A DNA stretch of 64,000 nucleotides from Nitrospirales bacterium. Its GTDB lineage: Bacteria; Nitrospirota; Nitrospiria; Nitrospirales; UBA8639. A program made the translations under genes and the position numbers. The DNA is taken from positions 2,080,001-2,144,000 of the forward strand of contig OY820905.2 in assembly GCA_963555755.3 (NCBI GenBank), written 5' to 3'. The notes under the pieces were generated by a model that ran no database searches, was not told the DNA's origin, and saw only the letters and a list, made by a program, of their open reading frames with translations. Position 1 is the first letter of the stretch. Every line of letters starts with the position of its first letter. Below are positions 40,889-53,037 of the stretch, in pieces.

Positions 40889-42357
40889 CAATACTGTTCA
40901 CTTAGATATCTTCGGTGGTTTGATGGATGGTGTCCAGTCAATTTGCGCAACGGGCGGTCTCGGACGTTTGTACGGTGCGTATGGAGAGTTTCGGCGTTTC
41001 ACCATCCTCGGCTTGATTTTTCCACGACTGGATTCACACAACAGTTTCGCCGTCGCCTCAAACAGCAGCCGATACCATGTTTTTTGGCGCTCAGGGGGGA
41101 AGGGCCCCAGATTGGGGCAGGGTTCGACGCACTAACTGCACCGTGGCCGTAAAAGATACCGTGCGGTCAGGGATGTCTGCCTGGGTGGCCCCTTGATACA
41201 TCAACCAGCGCACGGCGTAGTGGGCCATCACCCATCCGTAGAACTCTTGACGCACCAACTCTGGCGTTTTACTGCGCAGGACGCGACGACGTTGCCTCAG
41301 GTGCGTCTTCAGCTCATCAAACACCAATTCCACCTCCCAGCGCTCGTGATACAGTTGAGCCAGGTCCTGGGCGGGTGCGCCTTGGTCATCCAGCAGCGTG
41401 GTGACGAGACGGTACAGCGGTTCGCTATTGGGCCCCTGCGGTAAGACATACTCAATCACCCTGATGGCGATCCCATCAATTCGCTTTCTTCTGGCGCGTT
41501 CACTGGGATACAGATGGCTCAGGTACGAGCCATCGTCCAACAGCTTGTCAACTGGAAGGATCAAGCTCTTCGGCATGCGCCAGAGTAGTTGCGCTCCGGT
41601 CTGAAGGCCGGCCTGCCAATGGGCGTACCCGACAAAGCCGCGATCGGCCATGCAGAGCATGTCGGGCGTGAGGCGACGCACCAAGGGCGCGGCCACCTCC
41701 CATTCGGCCTGCTTATAGGCCCCTAGTTCGGCATCCAAAATGGCGTGACTGGCACATTCCGTCAAAATGGCGCACTGGGCTTGGGGGTAGCCGGCCTGCC
41801 CGGTTCGGCTCCCTGGGTACCCAAAGACTTGCACATTGGCTTCCTCATCCGGGACCTCAAAGTTGGAGCCATCTATCGCGACGAGTCGGTAGCCTGCAAA
41901 AAAGGCGTGGGCATGCTCTGGACGAGCCAACGGGCGCAAGCAGCGCTGTCCAATGGCTTTCAGCGCCTTCCACGTCAGCCGTGAGCGGGCTTTGCTGATG
42001 GCGGATTTGACAACGGTCACGGGAGCAACGGGTTTGTGGTCTTTCCATGCCAGCCCTTGGGCCACAGCGGCAAACACCGCTTCGTACGCGGCCTCGCTGT
42101 ATAAGCTCAACGCCATGGTGTAGTACACCACGGCAGAAGCGGGAAAGGTGCGGACACGTTCACTGTTACAATGATGTGCGTCAAGTTCTTCGTTGATGAT
42201 GGCCACCGGAAAGGCACGAGCCAGTAATCCCGTGCTCAAATAATCCGCCAATCGAGCCCCCGCCCCCAAGCCGACTTTCTTTCTTGCCATGTTGCCTCCT
42301 CCCAGATTACGTGTGGAGGCGAAGTATAACAGATTTTCATCTAAGTGAACAGTATTG
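40889..42357 (-). mobile_element. IS4-family element, copy 1
   Basis: 18-bp TIR CAATACTGTTCACTTAGA / TCTAAGTGAACAGTATTG; 10-bp TSD AGACCTGGCC. Confidence 0.95.
41091..42290 (-). CDS. IS4 transposase
   Basis: RLVAIDGS, ADRGF and YHERWEVELVFDELK (YREK) motifs. Confidence 0.95.
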   Translation of the reverse strand: MARKKVGLGAGARLADYLSTGLLARAFPVAIINEELDAHHCNSERVRTFPASAVVYYTMALSLYSEAAYEAVFAAVAQGLAWKDHKPVAPVTVVKSAISKARSRLTWKALKAIGQRCLRPLARPEHAHAFFAGYRLVAIDGSNFEVPDEEANVQVFGYPGSRTGQAGYPQAQCAILTECASHAILDAELGAYKQAEWEVAAPLVRRLTPDMLCMADRGFVGYAHWQAGLQTGAQLLWRMPKSLILPVDKLLDDGSYLSHLYPSERARRKRIDGIAIRVIEYVLPQGPNSEPLYRLVTTLLDDQGAPAQDLAQLYHERWEVELVFDELKTHLRQRRRVLRSKTPELVRQEFYGWVMAHYAVRWLMYQGATQADIPDRTVSFTATVQLVRRTLPQSGALPP

Positions 42358-42614
42358 AGACCTGGCCCCATCTCGGCCTTAATTAATAAGTCAATACTCA
42401 TGCCTGACCCCATATCCTGACCCCATATCTAATAATAGAATGAATACTCCTGATAATTTCCCGACCGGATCCCAACCGGAAAGGCCCCTCAGGATTGAAA
42501 TGTCCCAAAGGGCCTTTCATCTACCGATCCAGGTGGGAGGCTTCCGGCACGGCCTGTTTCCTTTTGCGTCAACCTGGTTTTTCAGTGATCACTTGATTCA
42601 AGAGCAGTCCCTCT

Positions 42615-42908
42615 TTATTTTATCTTGTCTAACACTCCCTGAATCTCATCCTCAGTAAAGGCTCGTAGAGTTTCTGTACGAACATTCCCCTTCGCACATC
42701 CTCCCATCATCACGGCAGCGGCCGTTTCATCATCGGGGGCCTCGAATATAATGACCCCGTCATACCGGCCCATCGTCCAGTAAATATTTTTGACTGACCC
42801 TCCACCTGCTTTGATCGAACTTCTAAAGTCCCCGGCCCGTTTGGCCGTGTTTTTCACATCATGAACACCTGGCTCCGTCCACCCAAACAGTGAAATAAAG
42901 GTTGGCAT
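42615..42908 (-). CDS. GYD-domain protein
   Basis: YWTMGRYDGVIIFEAPDDE, GNVRTETLRAF; AGGAGG SD. Confidence 0.9.
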   Translation of the reverse strand: MPTFISLFGWTEPGVHDVKNTAKRAGDFRSSIKAGGGSVKNIYWTMGRYDGVIIFEAPDDETAAAVMMGGCAKGNVRTETLRAFTEDEIQGVLDKIK

Positions 42909-43258
42909 GATCTCCTCCTTCTTGTTTGAAAAATAAGGATCGAAAGACAATGGGTCCCAGTCATTGTCTTCCCAGGCACTATAGTAGGCTCATGCATTCC
43001 AAGGGGCAACGGGGGAAGGTACCTGATAGAAAGTGAGGCAAGGGATACATATTTCCTCAACCAAAGATTTCAACCATTTTTCTTTTCTTTGATATTTTCA
43101 GTCACCTTGCCTCGGGTCTTATGAAGCTGATCGTTTTCTTGCACAATGCGCCGCCACTTTGGCGCGATTGCCGCACAAGGCCATGGTACACCAGCGGCGA
43201 GTGTGGTTTTTACTAATATCGGATATACGGTTAGGGGTCTGCATGAGTATTGACTAAT

Positions 43259-43399
43259 GGGCACCTCTAAAAACCGTCCTTTTCCGTGATGGCGGCGTCA
43301 GCCGCGTGCTCACATCCTCATCTATTCGCCCATACATTCCGGTTTTCCGCGCGCGGTTTCCTTGCCCTCACAAAAAATGCCTGGTTTGTAGAGGTGCCC
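43259..43399. mobile_element. MITE family C, copy 2
   Basis: near-identical to 26324-26464. Confidence 0.85.
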
Positions 43400-43782
43400 T
43401 TATATGGCATCAATGGGGCCAAGCCCCAGTTTGTCGAGATTAATTCAGAGGACTTGCAACAATGAACAAAATCATCAATCCGAAAATGACCCACAAAAAT
43501 CTCAACCTCTACACTGAATACATAAGTCAATACTCATGCCTGACCCTAATTCTGACCCTAATTCCGATTGCTTGGTCTGGGGTTTGGGCACTGATTGACC
43601 TTAGAGGGATACCCCGTGTATTTCGCTGACAATAGATGCCAACTGGTCAGGAATGGGACCCAGGGTGCCAGGGATATCCCATCTCAATCTGGCCCCATGG
43701 TCCTAAAGGACTTGTTGGATAATTCAAACTGTCAATTTTCAAATTGGCGGCAACAGGGGAACACCTTCAAGTGCCAGGAGAA

Positions 43783-44924
43783 AAGGTTCCTTTTTGGAAA
43801 GTCATAAAAGGTTTTCTAATCTGTCGCTTAAAATTTCTCCTGCAAGACGATGCCCCGCCTTCGTCATATGACTATCCCACTGAAAATACAGAGAACTTTG
43901 CTCATTTCCCTTTCTAAAATAGGGCGTTAAATCAAGGAACGGAATTCCATGCCTTTCGGAAAATTCTTGTAGCAGTGTGTTTGTATAGGATAAATCAACC
44001 GATATGCCTTCCCATTTGACTAAGGTTAGTCCCTAGACTAGTCTGCTGGACTATGGACACAGGGTATGCTGCTGATATCTTGGATTTTTCTGTTAGGTTC
44101 CACACCGAAGAAGCGTGCTTCGAGTACTTGCGGGCGATTCGGTGGCCAGACGGGTTTATGTGTCCAGCTTGCGGTCATCGCGGTGGTTGGTGGCTCAAAA
44201 AATATTTCCGGTTTGAGTGTTCGTCGTGTCATAGACAGACATCACCGCTAAGCGGCACAGTGATGCATAGATCGCACTTGCCGCTACGGCTTTGGTTTTG
44301 GGCTGCCTATTTCGTCTCCACGCACACACCTGGCATCAGTGCTGTGCAATTGCAGCGTCAACTCAGTATCAAGAAGGTGGATAGCGCCTGGTATTTGCTC
44401 CACAGATTGCGACGAGGAATGGTACGACAGAACCGTGAACGGCTCGCAGGAACAGTTGAAGCCGATGAAACCCATATCGGTGGACCGGTAAAAGGCAAAA
44501 CGGGCCGTGGCGTCGCGAAAGCGAAAACCAAGACGTTAATAGCCGGAGCCGTAGAAATTGTCACGTACACACAAGGGGATCACTTTCGAGAGAAAGCAGG
44601 GCGTTTACGATTAGCGATTCTTCAAGACGCTGGAGAGAACGAGATCAAAGCATTCCTCAATAGCCATGTCGCTGAGGGCAGTAAGATCAAGTCCGATGGT
44701 TGGAAGGGATACTCGGCAAAAGCCTTTCTGAGACGGACCCAGGGTGACCCAGCAAGTGTCGCTCCACACATCCATAGAGCGTTCGGCAATCTGCAGACCT
44801 GGCTGAACGGGATTCACCATGGAGTGGATTCAAAATACCTGCAACACGCTATAACCGCCGTGAGACTCCACCTTCCAGAGTTTGTTGAAAATCCTGACCA
44901 GCAGCTGCCAGGAGTTAAATGGGA
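43783..44924 (+). mobile_element. tandem duplicate of flank plus IS1595 with scrambled 3' end (suspected assembly artefact)
   Basis: identical to 44925 onward at 1142-bp offset until ~44724, then clustered small deletions and no intact right TIR. Confidence 0.6.
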
Positions 44925-44943
44925 AAGGTTCCTTTTTGGAAAG

Positions 44944-47046
44944 TCATAAAAGGTTTTCTAATCTGTCGCTTAAAATTTCTCCTGCAAGACGATGCCCCGC
45001 CTTCGTCATATGACTATCCCACTGAAAATACAGAGAACTTTGCTCATTTCCCTTTCTAAAATAGGGCGTTAAATCAAGGAACGGAATTCCATGCCTTTCG
45101 GAAAATTCTTGTAGCAGTGTGTTTGTATAGGATAAATCAACCGATATGCCTTCCCATTTGACTAAGGTTAGTCCCTAGACTAGTCTGCTGGACTATGGAC
45201 ACAGGGTATGCTGCTGATATCTTGGATTTTTCTGTTAGGTTCCACACCGAAGAAGCGTGCTTCGAGTACTTGCGGGCGATTCGGTGGCCAGACGGGTTTA
45301 TGTGTCCAGCTTGCGGTCATCGCGGTGGTTGGTGGCTCAAAAAATATTTCCGGTTTGAGTGTTCGTCGTGTCATAGACAGACATCACCGCTAAGCGGCAC
45401 AGTGATGCATAGATCGCACTTGCCGCTACGGCTTTGGTTTTGGGCTGCCTATTTCGTCTCCACGCACACACCTGGCATCAGTGCTGTGCAATTGCAGCGT
45501 CAACTCAGTATCAAGAAGGTGGATAGCGCCTGGTATTTGCTCCACAGATTGCGACGAGGAATGGTACGACAGAACCGTGAACGGCTCGCAGGAACAGTTG
45601 AAGCCGATGAAACCCATATCGGTGGACCGGTAAAAGGCAAAACGGGCCGTGGCGTCGCGAAAGCGAAAACCAAGACGTTAATAGCCGGAGCCGTAGAAAT
45701 TGTCACGTACACACAAGGGGATCACTTTCGAGAGAAAGCAGGGCGTTTACGATTAGCGATTCTTCAAGACGCTGGAGAGAACGAGATCAAAGCATTCCTC
45801 AATAGCCATGTCGCTGAGGGCAGTAAGATCAAGTCCGATGGTTGGAAGGGATACTCGGCAAAAGCCTTGGCAGGATACGAACACCTGAGACGGACCCAGG
45901 GTGACCCAGCAAGTGCTGGGAAGCACGCTCCACACATCCATAGAGCGTTCGGCAATCTGCAGACCTGGCTGAACGGGATTCACCATGGAGTGGATTCAAA
46001 ATACCTGCAACACTATCTTGATGAGTTTGTCTTTCGCTATAACCGCCGTGAGACTCCAATGAGTACCTTCCAGAGTTTGTTGAAAATCCTGACCAGCAGC
46101 TCAAAACCCTTGGGATTCAATAAACTGAAGCAACCTTAGTTAAATGGGAAGGCATATCAACCGATTCTTCGTCAACTTTGGTGACCAACAACGCTTGCTG
46201 ATACGTTTCCTCTTCAACTTGTAACCGATTCGGAATATACATGATTAAGAATCGATGGTTGGTGAGTCTATCGATTTCGACAAGGAGAGCTTTGGTGACA
46301 TCCCATGGCCCTTCCATTTTCTCATGGAAGTTTTTAAAAAAATAATTGTCAAAGCCATCATAGGCAACTGGATTTTGTCGTAAGGGCTTGAGCAAGGCAA
46401 TTCTATAATCGATTAACGAATACAATAAGAAATGGTCACTCATAATCTTTTTTACTTTTTGGGAAAACGATAATGGTTTGGGGGTTTGATCAAGGACCAA
46501 TTCTCCACCCTGTAACATAAATGTTGGGCGCTTAGGGTTCTGTCCAAAATTGTCCATGATATCGTTGGGGAAAAAGGCAAGAACGGTAAAATCCGGTGAA
46601 AATTGCATTCCCAACTTTTTCAATAGCAAATATTCCTGTGTTGTTCCATAAGAGCTTTGGCCAAGATTTAAAAATTCCGTTCCTTCCAATTTCCGCTCTG
46701 CCACTTCACAAAATATTTCTTCGTGTTCGACACCCCACCCCCATGTGAAGGAATCGCCCAGTACCACAACCCGTTTAGAACCTACGGGTTTGGTAAAAGG
46801 GTATTCGTCATCCCGAAAGCCATGAGAATTCGTTTTGATGTTGACTGTAAATTCTCTACCTTGAAAGAGCCCCTCGTGATGAGGTATTTGAGTCCATCCA
46901 AGCTCAGGATCAAACTGATGGAAAGCACTCAGGGCATTAAACGTGACAAACTTGTAACCTCCAACCCGTAAAAATATTTCACAAACCAGCAACACAACCA
47001 GTATGGAGACGACCGTGAGCAATGCGTTTTTGGCGAAAGACTTCAT
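44944..47046 (-). pseudogene. SGNH/GDSL hydrolase interrupted by IS1595
   Basis: N part has TNSHGFRD, LGDSFTWG, PND; the reading frame resumes across the IS as ..SVDLSY..YFQWDSHMTKAGH..ENLL* containing the catalytic DxH. Confidence 0.88.
45145..46156 (+). mobile_element. IS1595-family element, intact copy (transposase 45195-46139)
   Basis: same TIRs and protein as 32478-33489; 8-bp TSD TCAACCGA. Confidence 0.95.
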
Positions 47047-47337
47047 ATGATGGCTCCTGGCAGAAATGATTTCTGAAGCCTTGGTTCGCGACCAAGAAAC
47101 ATAATATGGGTAAATGTGCCGAGGTAGGGTACCCGACTTTTCTCAATGCCATGGAAGAAAAACTCCCCCAAATACACAACTTTCATTGTCTTCAACATCC
47201 AAAGTCTACAAAAATCTTAAAAAATTTCTCCGAATTATAAACGGAACCATTGGAAATGCAAACGTGTGGCCAGGCAAAGGTAGGAAGAAGAATGGTACAC
47301 TAGGAGCGAGAGACACCCGGTACCTGGCGTATGTATT

Positions 47338-48258
47338 TTGGGGGAACTGTTGGGGCACTTATCAAAATTTCCAAAAGGTCGTGAGGCTTTGTTGACCGTT
47401 GCAATGACCGGCTGGTTGGTCATCATGCCGCCATGGCTTTCAGCCACCGTTCCTCCGCAACTCCTGTTTGAGTCAGCTGAAGGCATGCAACCAATTGCGC
47501 AACGACTTCAGCAGGTGGATCCCCAACAATTTCTGGCAATCATGGATTTCATGGGGCTTCAACATCCGGGGCCACCCATTCGGGTGATCCTTGCACCGGA
47601 TGGGTCCGACCTCGCGCAACACGTACCGGCGTGGGTCGTCGGGTATGCCATAGGACAGGCATCCACGATTGTGCTGCTCACCGACCGGGTTGCCAACTAT
47701 CCCTATGATTCACTCGAAGGGGTCCTATTCCATGAAATTGGGCATATTTTGACTCATCGGGCAGCAGGTGGACACGATGTCCCACGATGGTTGGATGAAG
47801 GTTTGGCCATGATGGCGGCCCGCACCTGGAATATCGAAGAAAGGGCCAGGCTGGTGTGGGCCATGGTCGCTGGGCACCAGGTATCATTTGACGAGCTGAA
47901 CGAGTGGTTTGTCACCGATGGCCCCTCAGCCAGGCGTGCGTATGTCATCGCCCATGCGTTGACGCTGTATCTTCTCGACCAGACATCACCTGATTTTCCC
48001 AAGCGCCTGCTTGCCAAGGTCGCCACAGGCACTCCCTTTCGAAACGCCTTTGCCCAGACCGCATTGATGACCCTTGAACAAGCCGAAACCAAATTTTGGA
48101 TGCAACAAACGCTGTGGAATCGTTGGATCCCCGTGGCGACAAGCTCAGGGATGGTGTGGTTGATGATTGCTGCGTTGGTTTTTTATGCCGCGAGAAGGCA
48201 GCGAAAACGAGCCGCCGCCATTCAACAACGCTGGGAGGAAGAAGACCTGGGGCCCTAA
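47338..48258 (+). CDS. peptidase MA-like metallopeptidase with C-terminal TM
   Basis: HEIGH and PRWLDEGLA; start uncertain. Confidence 0.85.
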   Translation: MGELLGHLSKFPKGREALLTVAMTGWLVIMPPWLSATVPPQLLFESAEGMQPIAQRLQQVDPQQFLAIMDFMGLQHPGPPIRVILAPDGSDLAQHVPAWVVGYAIGQASTIVLLTDRVANYPYDSLEGVLFHEIGHILTHRAAGGHDVPRWLDEGLAMMAARTWNIEERARLVWAMVAGHQVSFDELNEWFVTDGPSARRAYVIAHALTLYLLDQTSPDFPKRLLAKVATGTPFRNAFAQTALMTLEQAETKFWMQQTLWNRWIPVATSSGMVWLMIAALVFYAARRQRKRAAAIQQRWEEEDLGP

Positions 48259-48492
48259 TTCGTCAGATGGAACTATCGCCACATCATTCTGTCCAGAGGT
48301 GAAACATCCCAGCCGCCCAAAGGGATTTGAAGCTCCACATGGATATGTGTTACTAAATCTGGGAACCGCAGTTGGGTGCAAAACCGCCGTTTCCAGGCTA
48401 ACGCTCACCCTGCATGTCACCTAGACTTTTTGGTGTGCGACCCTCCCCGTTTCATACCTCATATCTAACGCCTGATTCTGAAAAGGAAGAAA

Positions 48493-49347
48493 ATGGGAAA
48501 CAAGGATATACTGCCTTCTCGAGAATTCGGGCTAATCATGGGCCTGATAATTGGAAAGTTTTGTCTGAAAATGGAGGACCTCCATTATGGGTATTGGACT
48601 GATGATCTACCGGTAGAAGTTCAAAATCTCCCGAAGGCACAGGCTCAGTACACAGAGGTTCTGATAGGGAATATTCCGGAAGGGGTTCGGACGATTCTGG
48701 ATGTGGGATGTGGAACAGGCCACACGGCACGGAAACTACTCGACAGAGGCTACCAGGTTGATTGTGTATCTCCCAACCCGCACCTCACCAAACTTGCGAA
48801 AGAAAAGCTTGGCGATCAGTCTACAATTTTTGAGTGCCGGTACCAAGAGTTGGACACGGACCGAAAATACGATTTAGTCCTCTTTAGCGAAAGCTTTCTG
48901 TTCATTCATCCAGCCGAAGCCGGGATGAAGATGTCCGAGCACATTCTCAATAAAGATGGCCACATTTTAATTACGGATGTCTTTAAAATGACTCCCGATG
49001 GCCAAAGCCCTATTGGGGGCGGACACCATATGCACATTTTTCATGACACCTTTTCCAATTCTCCCTTCAAGCTGCTGAAAGAAGACGATATCACCAAGAA
49101 CATTGCTCCAACGTTTGATGTGTTGAATGATGCCTACACACAATGTATAAAGCCGGCCTACGATTTACTCATGACACGTTTCAAGGCAAGCTATCCCTTG
49201 GCGATGAAATTTATCCTGTGGAAGTTCAGGGCAAAATTTGAAAAAATTGAAAAGAAACATTTTTCTGGAAAGCGAACCGCTGCAAACTTCGCCAAACACA
49301 AATCCTACCGCCTCTTCCTTTTTCAGAAGGTGCAAGCCACTTCTTAA
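48493..49347 (+). CDS. class I SAM-dependent methyltransferase
   Basis: LHYGYW, ILDVGCGTG, YDLVLFSES. Confidence 0.9.
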   Translation: MGNKDILPSREFGLIMGLIIGKFCLKMEDLHYGYWTDDLPVEVQNLPKAQAQYTEVLIGNIPEGVRTILDVGCGTGHTARKLLDRGYQVDCVSPNPHLTKLAKEKLGDQSTIFECRYQELDTDRKYDLVLFSESFLFIHPAEAGMKMSEHILNKDGHILITDVFKMTPDGQSPIGGGHHMHIFHDTFSNSPFKLLKEDDITKNIAPTFDVLNDAYTQCIKPAYDLLMTRFKASYPLAMKFILWKFRAKFEKIEKKHFSGKRTAANFAKHKSYRLFLFQKVQATS

Positions 49348-49602
49348 ACAACGACTCAACCTTTACCCACGACTTTCAGAGTGAACATGGATTTATCCTG
49401 ACCGTTCACCATCCTGAGGCAGAAAATATTCCATACCTTCAAATATGGTCGAAAGTTGCCCTCCAGTTGTCGACCTTGTACTCACCCCAGAACAATGTCT
49501 AACCATGACCTGCACTCTGCTTCTACTCACGAGTCGAGTGTGAATCAGAAGACTCTCACGACACACCCAATCCCTCGCCTTCATTCCGGTCTCAACTCTT
49601 GA

Positions 49603-50313
49603 CTACAATTCCATTTTCGGTAGTTTTCGGAAAATAACCACATCGTCTCCAATGATTGTAGCGTTGGTCTGCCATTGAACAGCGAGCCATTCAAAGGTGG
49701 AACGGGAGAAAAATGAGACGTGAGTGGGGTCCTTTTTGTAGTACCAATTTGCAAAACGGTCTTTGGTGGGTGCGAGTTTAGTCATGATGCCCAAATAGCC
49801 TCCAAGTATGAGGCAATCCCAGAGCCCATTCAAATCTTGGCCAGGGAGATGAAGATGCTCCAGCACTTCGGTTGCCGTAATAAAATCATAGGTCTCATGA
49901 AGGGCTGTTGGGTGAGGGGCATAAAACGAATCGTAAAGCGTCATAGCATGCCCCTGTTCTTCAAACATCAGGGATAGAGTCGGACCCGGGCCTGATCCAA
50001 AGTCGAGGCCGCGACCGCCCTGAGTCAACAAGGGATGGAGAGGATCAAACAGCCGACTCAAGAATTTTCGATAAGCCGGGTCATCAGGATTATTTTCATG
50101 AGTGTCATATCGAGCTTTTTCCTCCTCAGCTGACAGGAAATAGTCAGGCGGCACAAACGTTAACGAACATGTGGAACATTGAAAATACTCCCGGATAGAA
50201 TCTTGGAAAAAAAGAAAGACCCGTTCCGCAAAGCATAAAGGACAGGAGGTCTGGGAAGATATCTGCTTGGCTCCCATGCCGGGTTTAACCATTTTTTTCC
50301 TTGAATTTCTCAA
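49603..50313 (-). CDS. SAM methyltransferase with N-terminal Zn ribbon
   Basis: CPLC..CSTC, GLDFGSGPG, TEVLEH, WYYKKDPTHV; start may be downstream. Confidence 0.88.
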   Translation of the reverse strand: MRNSRKKMVKPGMGAKQISSQTSCPLCFAERVFLFFQDSIREYFQCSTCSLTFVPPDYFLSAEEEKARYDTHENNPDDPAYRKFLSRLFDPLHPLLTQGGRGLDFGSGPGPTLSLMFEEQGHAMTLYDSFYAPHPTALHETYDFITATEVLEHLHLPGQDLNGLWDCLILGGYLGIMTKLAPTKDRFANWYYKKDPTHVSFFSRSTFEWLAVQWQTNATIIGDDVVIFRKLPKMEL

Positions 50314-50494
50314 AAGAATTGAAAGCGATAGCCCAGAAAAACGTCAACAGCGCAATACAAGTAACGCTTATACCAATTTGTCCAAATAATAGCGGTGTTG
50401 AAAAAATGCCAGAGGTGTCCAACTCTATTTGGATATAATGTTTTTGGCCTTCTAGAAAATACCAGAAGCCCACAATTAAATACTCGAACGGGTA

Positions 50495-51595
50495 TTAGCT
50501 ACGCCAGCGGAGTGTGGTGGGTTTGAGTGGGTTTTTGAACGGGCGGCCTTCTTCAGCAGCGCGAGTCCATTCTTCTTTGAGCTGGTGGTACCATTTCACC
50601 GGGACTCCAGAGTCTGGAATGTTCATAATTAAGTTCTTGGAATTGGTTTTTAACCCTTCCTGTTGCAATTTGGCAAAATGAACATCCTGACTCAAAAACG
50701 TGTGGCAAAAATACCGAATAATGGGCTTAAAAGGGGTCATCCACGGGGTCACCCAGTAGGTGGCATGATTAATCTCTGTGGACGTTTCGTCGACAGGCGT
50801 TAAGGCTGTATATCCCGTGAACAGGGTGTGTTTTCCCAAAGTAATATGCTCGATACGAATACCAGGTAGCTGGAAACGAATTTCTGTTTCTAGAGCCCAA
50901 CCAACGAGCTTGTACACAGTGGCATTTTTAGAAGGCTTGTGTCGAAGCATGGCGTAACCGTTATCAAAAGGAACAAACGTTTTGACTTTGTCGTGAATTC
51001 TTTTGGACGAACTGAACCACCAGGATGTATGAACAAAAGGCACATGAGCTGGGTCCATCAGGCCAATAATAGAAATATCAATAAAAGAGGGGAGCTGCAA
51101 AACATTTCTACCCACATTCACATAGGCGTACCCATCAATCCCTGGAACCTGGGGGACTCCCGGTAGATGATCGGTCCGATCACCAATAAATACCCAGATG
51201 TTGCGCTGAAATTCCTGGCAAGGATAAGAGCGTGTTTTAATTTTTTCTATTTCAAAGCCTTGCCCTTCTACCAGAGCAGGAATCGCTTTACAGATGCCTT
51301 TCGTATCAAATCGCCAACCGTGAAAACAACAGGTGACTTCTTGGCCATCGAACTTCCCATGATGAAGAGGCATACCTTGGTGAGGGCAAATATTATTCAG
51401 GGCAAACACATGACCATCTTTGTCTCGTCCTATGAGAATTTCTTCCCCACAGATGGTTTTTTTGAGGGTTTTACAGGTCTTAAGCTGTTCACTGTGTGCA
51501 GCATAATACCAGCTGTTTTGTAAGAATACCCGTGGTTTATGGGTAATAAGTTCCCGGGCCAAAGTACTGGACTTTTGTGCGAGTGAATCTGTCAA
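50495..51595 (-). CDS. Rieske non-heme iron oxygenase alpha subunit
   Basis: CPHQG..CCFHGWRFD Rieske motif and mononuclear iron site DPAHVPFVH. Confidence 0.92.
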   Translation of the reverse strand: MTDSLAQKSSTLARELITHKPRVFLQNSWYYAAHSEQLKTCKTLKKTICGEEILIGRDKDGHVFALNNICPHQGMPLHHGKFDGQEVTCCFHGWRFDTKGICKAIPALVEGQGFEIEKIKTRSYPCQEFQRNIWVFIGDRTDHLPGVPQVPGIDGYAYVNVGRNVLQLPSFIDISIIGLMDPAHVPFVHTSWWFSSSKRIHDKVKTFVPFDNGYAMLRHKPSKNATVYKLVGWALETEIRFQLPGIRIEHITLGKHTLFTGYTALTPVDETSTEINHATYWVTPWMTPFKPIIRYFCHTFLSQDVHFAKLQQEGLKTNSKNLIMNIPDSGVPVKWYHQLKEEWTRAAEEGRPFKNPLKPTTLRWRS

Positions 51596-51778
51596 AGTCG
51601 GTTACTCAGAAAATAAAGTGGCGATGAGACTGTTATCAAGGTACTGAATAGATAGATCCAGCATATGCCCCCGAGCAATCAATTTCAAGAAGGGATGATA
51701 CGATACAGTTTTGGATCAGATCGGGACGTAAATCTCTTTCCCAAAGAATCCGTCGGACCCGTGTTTCTGTGCCGTGTT

Positions 51779-53037
51779 TATAGTGGACCCCAGAATTCAG
51801 ACCACGAGTTTAGTAAGATGAGGCCGTGGTTTGAAAGGGGGGCGCGATGGGGAAAATACGGGTCAGGCATAGTGCTGAATTTAAGGCCAAGGTGGCGCTT
51901 GAAGCGGTGAAGGGGCTGAAGACGGTCAACGAGTTGGCTGGACAGTATCAGCTCCACCCGACGCAGATCAGCCAATGGAAGCGGCAGGTGCAAGGTGGCG
52001 CGAAAGAACTGTTTGCTCGGGGGCCGGGGAAGGGCCACCAAGAGAGCGAAGCCGTGCAAGCGAAATTGTACGAAGAAGTCGGGCGCTTGAAGATGGAGTT
52101 GGACTGGATAAAAAAACTGCCGGGCTCGGTTGAAGGGAAACGCCAGTGGGTTGAGCCTGGGCACCCCCATCTCAGCCTCCGACGACAGTGTGAGGTACTG
52201 GGGCTGGGCTGAGCGAATTGGTACTACCATCCGGCAGAAGAAAGCGCGGAGACGCTGGAACTGATGCAACACATTGATCGGCAATATACCCGGACACCAT
52301 TTTATGGGAGTCGTCGGATGACCGTGGCTCTGAACGGGAAAGGCTATGAGGTGAATCGCAAGCGGGTGCAGCGCCTCATGCAGCTGATGGGGTTGGCCGG
52401 CGTGACCCCGGGCCCGCACATGAGCCGCCCGCATCCGACTCACCCCATCTATCCCTATTTGCTGCGAGACCTGGTGATTGATCGACCGAACCAGGTGTGG
52501 TGCACCGATGTGACGTATCTTCCGATGCCCCGAGGCTGTCTGTTTCTGGTGGTCATTCTGGATTGGTATAGCCGGTATGTCTTAGCCTGGATGGTGTCGA
52601 ATCCCAGGATACGGCGATTTGCCTCAATGCGCTGGAGCAAGCCTTCACCCACGGGTGTCCAGAGATCTTCAACAGTGATCAAGGGTGTCAGTTCACCAGC
52701 ATAGCCTTCACGAGTCGGCTGCTGGCAGCTGGGGTGCAGATCAGCATGGATGGACGGGGCGGGTCTTTGATAACATCTTTATCGAACGGCTGTGGCGCAC
52801 CATCAAGTATGAATATCTGTATCTGACTGACCATCGTGATGGCTCAGAACTGGAGCGAGGCTTAACCACGTATTTCCGATTTTATAACACGGCGCGGCCT
52901 CATCAAGCATTGGGCTATCGTATGCCAGAACGAGTACATTTCCAATTGCCAGGCGAGAAAGACAATACGTAAAAACCATAATGTCAGAGCTTACTTATTT
53001 TATGAACTCGCTGGTCTTGACAATGGGGTCCACTTTA
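51779..53037 (+). mobile_element. IS3-family element, inactivated
   Basis: TIR AGTGGACCCC..GACCA..GAGT on both ends; orfA HSAEFKAKVALEA, orfB YGSRRM, WCTDVTY, IERLWRTIKYE; premature TGA at 52210 and frameshifts. Confidence 0.88.

Noticed and set aside
42291..42413. Longer 440-aa IS4 transposase in copy 1
   Set aside because: The extension runs past the TIR into flanking DNA; copy 2 starts at MARKK.
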